Shown piece by piece: positions 59,548-64,000 of a stretch of 64,000 bases of DNA (within the stretch, counting starts at the first letter, position 1; every line of letters begins with the position of its first letter). The notes below the pieces were generated by a model, which saw only the letters and a program-made list of their open reading frames with translations, was not told where the DNA came from and searched no databases. The position numbers were made by a program, and so were the translations under genes. The stretch is from NCBI RefSeq assembly GCF_013155175.1, contig NZ_JABJTS010000010.1, one strand, 5' to 3'. Source of the DNA: Corallococcus exiguus (GTDB lineage Bacteria > Myxococcota > Myxococcia > Myxococcales > Myxococcaceae).

Positions 59548-60230
59548 GCCTTCTCCTGGAGGTGCTGAAACAGGGCCCGCGCCGTGTGAGCGGCAAGGGC
59601 GTGGGTGTCGGACTCGGAAAGGGAGGGAGGTGCGGCGGGCGGCGTGGCCTTGCGCTTCTTCCGCGACGTGCGGCCCAGCGCCTTCACCACCGCGTCCGCG
59701 ATGTCGCGAATGAGGGCGGCGCGCTCGTCGGAGTGCTTCTTCAGCCGCACCGCGCGCTGGTTGCCGGGAATCGTGACGACGGAGATTTCGAGAAGCTCCT
59801 GCTCGTCGCAGTCGTAACCGCCGCGCTCATTCTCGTGGTAGCGCAGCATGCGGTAGCGCACGCTCACCGCGTTAAGGATGCCCTTCTCCACCTTGGACTC
59901 GACGCGTCGGGCAAACTCATCGTCTTGGTCGAACTCGATGTCCACCAAGAGTGCGTCGCCCTGCACGTAGGCGCGGCCCTTGCCGATGGGCAGGACGTCC
60001 GTGCGGCCCGCGCCGAACAGCCCGCCAGAGCTATCGTCGTGCATGTAGAGGACGACGGGATTGGCGGCGTATGCATCGAGCCGCCAGCCCTGGATGGACA
60101 GCCGGTCATTGTAGCGGTCGAAGTCGGCGTCGTTCGCACGGAAGGTGAAGACCTTTGGCTGGCCCTCAACAGGTGACGGCGCATCCTGCTGAGCGACAAG
60201 GCGACGAGTTCTTGAAAGAGGTGCAGGCAT
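59544..60230 (-). CDS. HK97-family prohead protease (peptidase S78)
   Basis: '…RLSIQGWRLDAYAANPVVLYMHD…LLEISVVTIPGN' conserved prohead-protease core with Ser/His catalytic region. 228 aa. Confidence 0.85.
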   Translation of the reverse strand: MPAPLSRTRRLVAQQDAPSPVEGQPKVFTFRANDADFDRYNDRLSIQGWRLDAYAANPVVLYMHDDSSGGLFGAGRTDVLPIGKGRAYVQGDALLVDIEFDQDDEFARRVESKVEKGILNAVSVRYRMLRYHENERGGYDCDEQELLEISVVTIPGNQRAVRLKKHSDERAALIRDIADAVVKALGRTSRKKRKATPPAAPPSLSESDTHALAAHTARALFQHLQEKA

Positions 60231-60465
60231 TCACCTTTTCAATGGGGGCAGTATTAGAACTCCCCAAGAGCAAGCCCAATCCCCCCAGACAACGAGCCCG
60301 CTGGAAGCAGCCCTTCGCCAATACCACTGGTATATTGGCGCCCCAACACAACACAGGGTCAATCCAACCCCACCGCAAACATCACTTACGCAGATTATGT
60401 ATCCATGCTTCTCGCCATTACTAGGCCTGATTGACTTTCGTACGTCGCTCTTATTTCATCGAGCA

Positions 60466-61134
60466 ATGACCAGACCGACCGCTCTGATCCTCACTGCGTC
60501 ACTGCTAACCAGCGCATGCTTCGGGCATATTCCTCCTGAAGGCACTCAAGTGACGATGCCTCCCACAGAGACAACTCCACCGTCACGCGCCAAACAAGAG
60601 GTTGCTGCTCCCCCCGCGACAGGCAATAAGGCAGTCGACGAGGCACAGGCTTTTGTTTCGGACGCCTTCAACCATTGCGATAATGTCACCCTCAACACTG
60701 CATACCAGCAACTACTGATCACGAAGATTGCAACAAGAAGGAAAAACCTTGGACTTCTTGCAACAACAATAGTTGGCGTCGCCGGCAGCATTGTTACCGC
60801 AGCCCTCCTTGGATCCAAGGCAGCCAGCGACGGGAATTCAGAGAAGGCCACCATTGTCGGGGCAAGCTCAGCAGGCGCGACAGCAATCACAGGCGTAGTC
60901 TCTATCTTTATCGTTGGCAGCGGAGCAGACGATCGCGTCAAGCAGATGTCAGACAACAAAAACCGAATCGACCAGGAGGTCGACGACCTCTCGAACTCGT
61001 GCAAAGATATCAACGCCAACAACGCAGCCCAGTGCACACAAAAAGCTAAACGCGTTAAGAATCGCTGCGGAATCGCAGAGACTCAGCTACCCTACGAAGT
61101 CGAAAACCAGCCCTCATTCCTACCGACCAACTAG
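60466..61134 (+). CDS. Low-GC lipoprotein with internal TM helix, inserted between portal and protease genes (moron; candidate superinfection-exclusion protein)
   Basis: ATG at 60466 (MTRPTALILTASLLTSAC = signal + lipobox). Central TM 'LLATTIVGVAGSIVTAALLG' and second hydrophobic segment. AT-rich codons. Plus strand, opposite to phage genes. Tabulated ORF starts 23 codons earlier. Confidence 0.5.
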   Translation: MTRPTALILTASLLTSACFGHIPPEGTQVTMPPTETTPPSRAKQEVAAPPATGNKAVDEAQAFVSDAFNHCDNVTLNTAYQQLLITKIATRRKNLGLLATTIVGVAGSIVTAALLGSKAASDGNSEKATIVGASSAGATAITGVVSIFIVGSGADDRVKQMSDNKNRIDQEVDDLSNSCKDINANNAAQCTQKAKRVKNRCGIAETQLPYEVENQPSFLPTN

Positions 61135-61176
61135 CCATTAGATGCCATCCGATTTTTAGTGTGGGCTGGCTTGGGA

Positions 61177-62460
61177 TTATGGAGCTACTTGTCCCGGCAT
61201 GGGCAACGGATAGCCCTGCCGGTTAGAGTCCGGTTCGAATCCAGCCAATGCTCGCCACTCGTCATAGCTAAAGGCCTCCGGCATGGCGCTCATGACGCGT
61301 AACTGGTGCTCGCGGTCCGCCGGCACAGGGCTGTCGTAGTCAAGAATGGCATCCGCGCCGCCGAACAGAGGCATCAGCCGCATCTGGTACTCGGTACGGA
61401 GGAACTCCATGCGCGGGAGCGTCGCCTGCTCGGCGAGGTTCTCCCGCGCCGCGAAGGCAGTCGCCTTGTTCGAGCTGGAGATGTCGCCCACGATTTCGGG
61501 CGGGACTCGAAACGTCATCCTCACGAAGTCCATGAGGAACTTCCGCAATTCCACCAACTGCATGTCGCGGAAGCTGGTGTCCAGGCGCGCGAACGTGACC
61601 CGGCCGCTGGTGAGCAGCAGCTTGCCCGCCTTGTCCGGCCCCTGATGCTCGCGGGCCAGCGACTCCTTGAAGGCCTTCGCCCCTGCGCTGTTCGCATCCG
61701 TCAGCCCCTCGATGGATGCGATGGCTGGCGGAAGCATGTTGTTCCAGAAGCTCGCCCGGAGGAACCGCGCCACGAACTCGTCCGTGTCCAGTTCGTCCCC
61801 AAGCGCGAAGGCGGGACCGACTCCTCGCCCAAGCGGATCCTCCGGGTCCAGGTTTCGCAGATGGAGCACATCCGCCGCTGGAATCTCCCGCATCACGCCG
61901 CCCACGGCGACCGTGAAGGTCCGCAGTTCACGCGGGACGTCCATCGCAGGCAGCCGAGTGACGAGGTTCGGAGGCACCGGCCAGAATCCCACCGGGAAGC
62001 CCGCCACACGTTCCAGCACCAAGAATGCCTCGCCGACCAGGTCCAAGTACACCTGCACCAGCTTTGTGACTGAGCGGCCCGTCAGGTAGTCGTTCGGGTC
62101 CGCGAGCATCCGAAGAATTGGATGGTCCGGCACCTCCTGGACTTCGCCCGCGTCCAGCATGGACTTCAACCGCATGGCGCGGACCTCGCGCGTCGCGCTG
62201 CGAAGGGCGTAGTCCTTCACCGGCTGGCCCTCCCGCGAGACGCGCCGGTACACACGCCAGTTCACCCCGGCCACAGAGTCCGCGACCACGTCCACAATCG
62301 CCCGGAGCCAGGGCATTTCGCGGTACGCCGCCAGTAGTTGCGAGGTGCCTCGGCGCGGCGGCGCCTGCTGCCAGCGCGCCAGCTCCAGCCCCGTTCCCTG
62401 TCGCGGAGGACGCGCCACCGCCGCCTTCATCCGGTCCCACAATCCCAAGACACGCCTCAC
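61177..62460 (-). CDS. Phage portal protein, HK97 family
   Basis: 427 aa with conserved portal core (…YLDLVGEAFLVLERV…TFTVAVGG…). 4-nt overlap with TerL. Confidence 0.9.
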   Translation of the reverse strand: MRRVLGLWDRMKAAVARPPRQGTGLELARWQQAPPRRGTSQLLAAYREMPWLRAIVDVVADSVAGVNWRVYRRVSREGQPVKDYALRSATREVRAMRLKSMLDAGEVQEVPDHPILRMLADPNDYLTGRSVTKLVQVYLDLVGEAFLVLERVAGFPVGFWPVPPNLVTRLPAMDVPRELRTFTVAVGGVMREIPAADVLHLRNLDPEDPLGRGVGPAFALGDELDTDEFVARFLRASFWNNMLPPAIASIEGLTDANSAGAKAFKESLAREHQGPDKAGKLLLTSGRVTFARLDTSFRDMQLVELRKFLMDFVRMTFRVPPEIVGDISSSNKATAFAARENLAEQATLPRMEFLRTEYQMRLMPLFGGADAILDYDSPVPADREHQLRVMSAMPEAFSYDEWRALAGFEPDSNRQGYPLPMPGQVAP

Positions 62461-63866
62461 AGGCAGAAGAAAGAGTCAGCGAAGACCAGCTCATGTGTGC
62501 CCCACAAAAGGGCATCGACGCGGTCATCGCGGCGGCCGTTGATGCCGCTGAATTTGGCGAGCTGCGCCTCCAGCTTCGGGAAGCTGCCCACCAGCTCGAT
62601 GCGCCCGGTCTCCGCCAGGGCGCTCACCGGCTCGGCGCGCTTCGACTTCGCCTCCCGAGCACGCACCGGCTTCACGTTGACGTGGACGCCCATCTCCGAG
62701 GCCACCGTCTGGATGGTCGTCTCCACCATCTCCCCGCCTGAGTTCACCTCCGCAACCAGGGCGTCACAGCCGAAGGCCAGGTACTCTCGGATTGCGGCTG
62801 CGGCCCACTCACGCGGAGAGCCCCGGAAGCTTGCGTCCTTGAGCACCGACACGCGCTTGAGCGGCGCGCCATCCGTCCCGACAAGCGGACTGCTTCTCAC
62901 GCCCTGGACCACAATGCCCGTCTCGTCCGAGCCCGTCTCGCTGGTGGGCGCTGGGTCCACGGACACGATGCGCCGGTCCAGGCCGCGCGCGTATTCGTGG
63001 GCATCCGCTTCCACCCTGCCCCACTTCGCCGAGCCAAAGATGGCGCCTGGCACGTCCATCAGCAGCCGGCCCAGGACCTCCTGCTGGCCCCAGCGCGTGT
63101 GCATGAGGGCGCGCATGGTGGCGACGGCGCTGGGCGCCAGGTTGGCGCGGTTGGCCAGCGACGAGCCCGTCCGCAGCACCACTCCCGGCCGCAGCGTCTT
63201 CGCTTCCGCATCCGCGAAGAGCAGCTCCTCCAGCTTCCGCAACGGCCTGGGTGTCCCGGTAAGCAGCAACTGAGGCGGGTGCGCGACGGTGCCGATGCGC
63301 AGCACCATGGGGAGCTGGTCCAAGGCCGCCATCTCATGCTTCCACGAGGCGGGCTCGTCGCCCCAAGCCCAGCCGCAGTTTGGGCCGCGCAGCCGGTCTG
63401 GCTTATCCGCCGAGTAGCAGATGGCATAGACACCGTTGGGCCACGTCACCCGGCGCTTGCTGGGCTCGTAGACGGGCATGAACCAGGGCGGCGACAAGGC
63501 CAGGATGCCGCTGGTGCCACGGATCATCGTGTCGCGCACGTCAGCCGCAGTGGGTCCGATGAGGGCACCGATGGACTTCGCTTCCCGGGCCTTCTGAATC
63601 ACCCACCGGGCCCCGCTCCACGTCTTCCCGAAGCCCCTGCCAGCCATGATGAAGCAGGTGGAGAACGACGCCGGGGGCACCTGTTCTCGCCGCGCCCAGA
63701 AGTCCAGGTCGTGGACGAGCGTTTCCACCTCGGGATGGGTCATCCGCCCGAAGAGGCGCGCGAGGCCCTGGCGGGTGCCGGCCTGGCGCACCATGAAGGC
63801 TGCTGGGGACTCGTCTGGGGCGAGTTGCTCCAGCATCCCCGCGAAGGGCAGGCGCTCACGGCGCAT
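62457..63866 (-). CDS. Phage terminase large subunit
   Basis: Walker A 'MAGRGFGKTWSGA'. ATPase then RNaseH-like nuclease half (…VDPAPTSETGSDETGIVVQG…). 469 aa. Confidence 0.9.
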   Translation of the reverse strand: MRRERLPFAGMLEQLAPDESPAAFMVRQAGTRQGLARLFGRMTHPEVETLVHDLDFWARREQVPPASFSTCFIMAGRGFGKTWSGARWVIQKAREAKSIGALIGPTAADVRDTMIRGTSGILALSPPWFMPVYEPSKRRVTWPNGVYAICYSADKPDRLRGPNCGWAWGDEPASWKHEMAALDQLPMVLRIGTVAHPPQLLLTGTPRPLRKLEELLFADAEAKTLRPGVVLRTGSSLANRANLAPSAVATMRALMHTRWGQQEVLGRLLMDVPGAIFGSAKWGRVEADAHEYARGLDRRIVSVDPAPTSETGSDETGIVVQGVRSSPLVGTDGAPLKRVSVLKDASFRGSPREWAAAAIREYLAFGCDALVAEVNSGGEMVETTIQTVASEMGVHVNVKPVRAREAKSKRAEPVSALAETGRIELVGSFPKLEAQLAKFSGINGRRDDRVDALLWGTHELVFADSFFCL

Positions 63867-64000
63867 CGTCGCCCCCGCTGCTGCTGGCCCCCGCCGTCGC
63901 TTCGGGAGCGTCCGGCAGCAGGCGGCCCAGCCGGTCCATCAGCAACTCGCGCAGCGCGCGCTCGTCGGCGGCCTTGTCCTCGGGCGCCACCTCCGAGACG
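63863..64000 (-). CDS. Partial ORF, probably terminase small subunit or upstream packaging gene (truncated by window end)
   Basis: Open minus-strand frame continuing from 63863 to the window edge with 4-nt overlap onto TerL. Too short to classify. Confidence 0.3.

Larger units (their letters stand above)
45211..64000. mobile_element. HK97-like siphovirus-type prophage / phage-derived particle gene cluster (structural + lysis modules), extends beyond window end
   Basis: Collinear minus-strand series TerS(partial)-TerL-portal-protease-MCP-neck proteins-major tail-chaperones-tape measure-distal tail-fibre-endolysin-membrane proteins with 1-4-nt overlaps. Two low-GC plus-strand insertions inside it. 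No integrase, repressor or replication genes within the window. Confidence 0.75.

Noticed and set aside
61201-61262. tRNA-like T-arm motif GGTTCGAATCC followed by …TCGCCA inside the portal gene
   Set aside because: No acceptor 5' partner, D-arm or anticodon arm can be formed. It lies within a well-supported CDS and does not match the 3' end of the Sec tRNA. Judged coincidental.

Overview
This is a high-GC myxobacterial chromosome segment, judged from the MYXO-CTERM sorting tail, a RomR-like polarity regulator, DUF2381-like/kinase pairs and lysine codon bias toward AAG. Roughly 75% of it is coding.

Features from left to right:
- 1-12.6 kb: secreted hydrolases (M1 aminopeptidase, Kelch/PKD lipoprotein, a LysM-lysozyme-like-C39 lytic enzyme) and an SDR-LysR-phhA block.
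- 12.6-17.5 kb: two 'TDAG'-repeat secreted proteins followed by a full-length bacterial homologue of the eukaryotic major vault protein (MVP). It is transcribed divergently from a LysR regulator and a four-gene oxidoreductase operon.
- 22.2-35 kb: housekeeping and signalling genes: nadC, valS carrying an unusual TPR plus histone-H1-like KA-repeat tail, a RomR-like response regulator, a CheW-like protein, a receiver-GGDEF protein, an orphan encapsulin cargo ferritin with a targeting peptide, a hybrid histidine kinase, groEL and a cheY-like regulator.
- 35-40 kb: TPR-zincin protein, transglutaminase-like protein and a methyltransferase.
- 40.0-40.1 kb: a selenocysteine tRNA (anticodon UCA).
- 40.3-45.2 kb: a kinase island (DUF2381-like protein, an active Ser/Thr kinase, two tandem XRE HTH paralogues, a pseudokinase).
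- about 45.2 kb to the window end: an HK97-like siphovirus prophage or GTA-like module. It encodes TerS (partial), TerL, portal, prohead protease, major capsid, neck proteins, major tail, chaperones, tape measure, distal tail, tail fibre, an M15 endolysin and membrane lysis proteins. Two conspicuously low-GC insertions interrupt it: a 733-aa KAP-family P-loop NTPase (PifA-like candidate phage-exclusion gene) and a lipoprotein moron.

Many long ORFs in the six-frame track are antisense artefacts of the high GC and were rejected.
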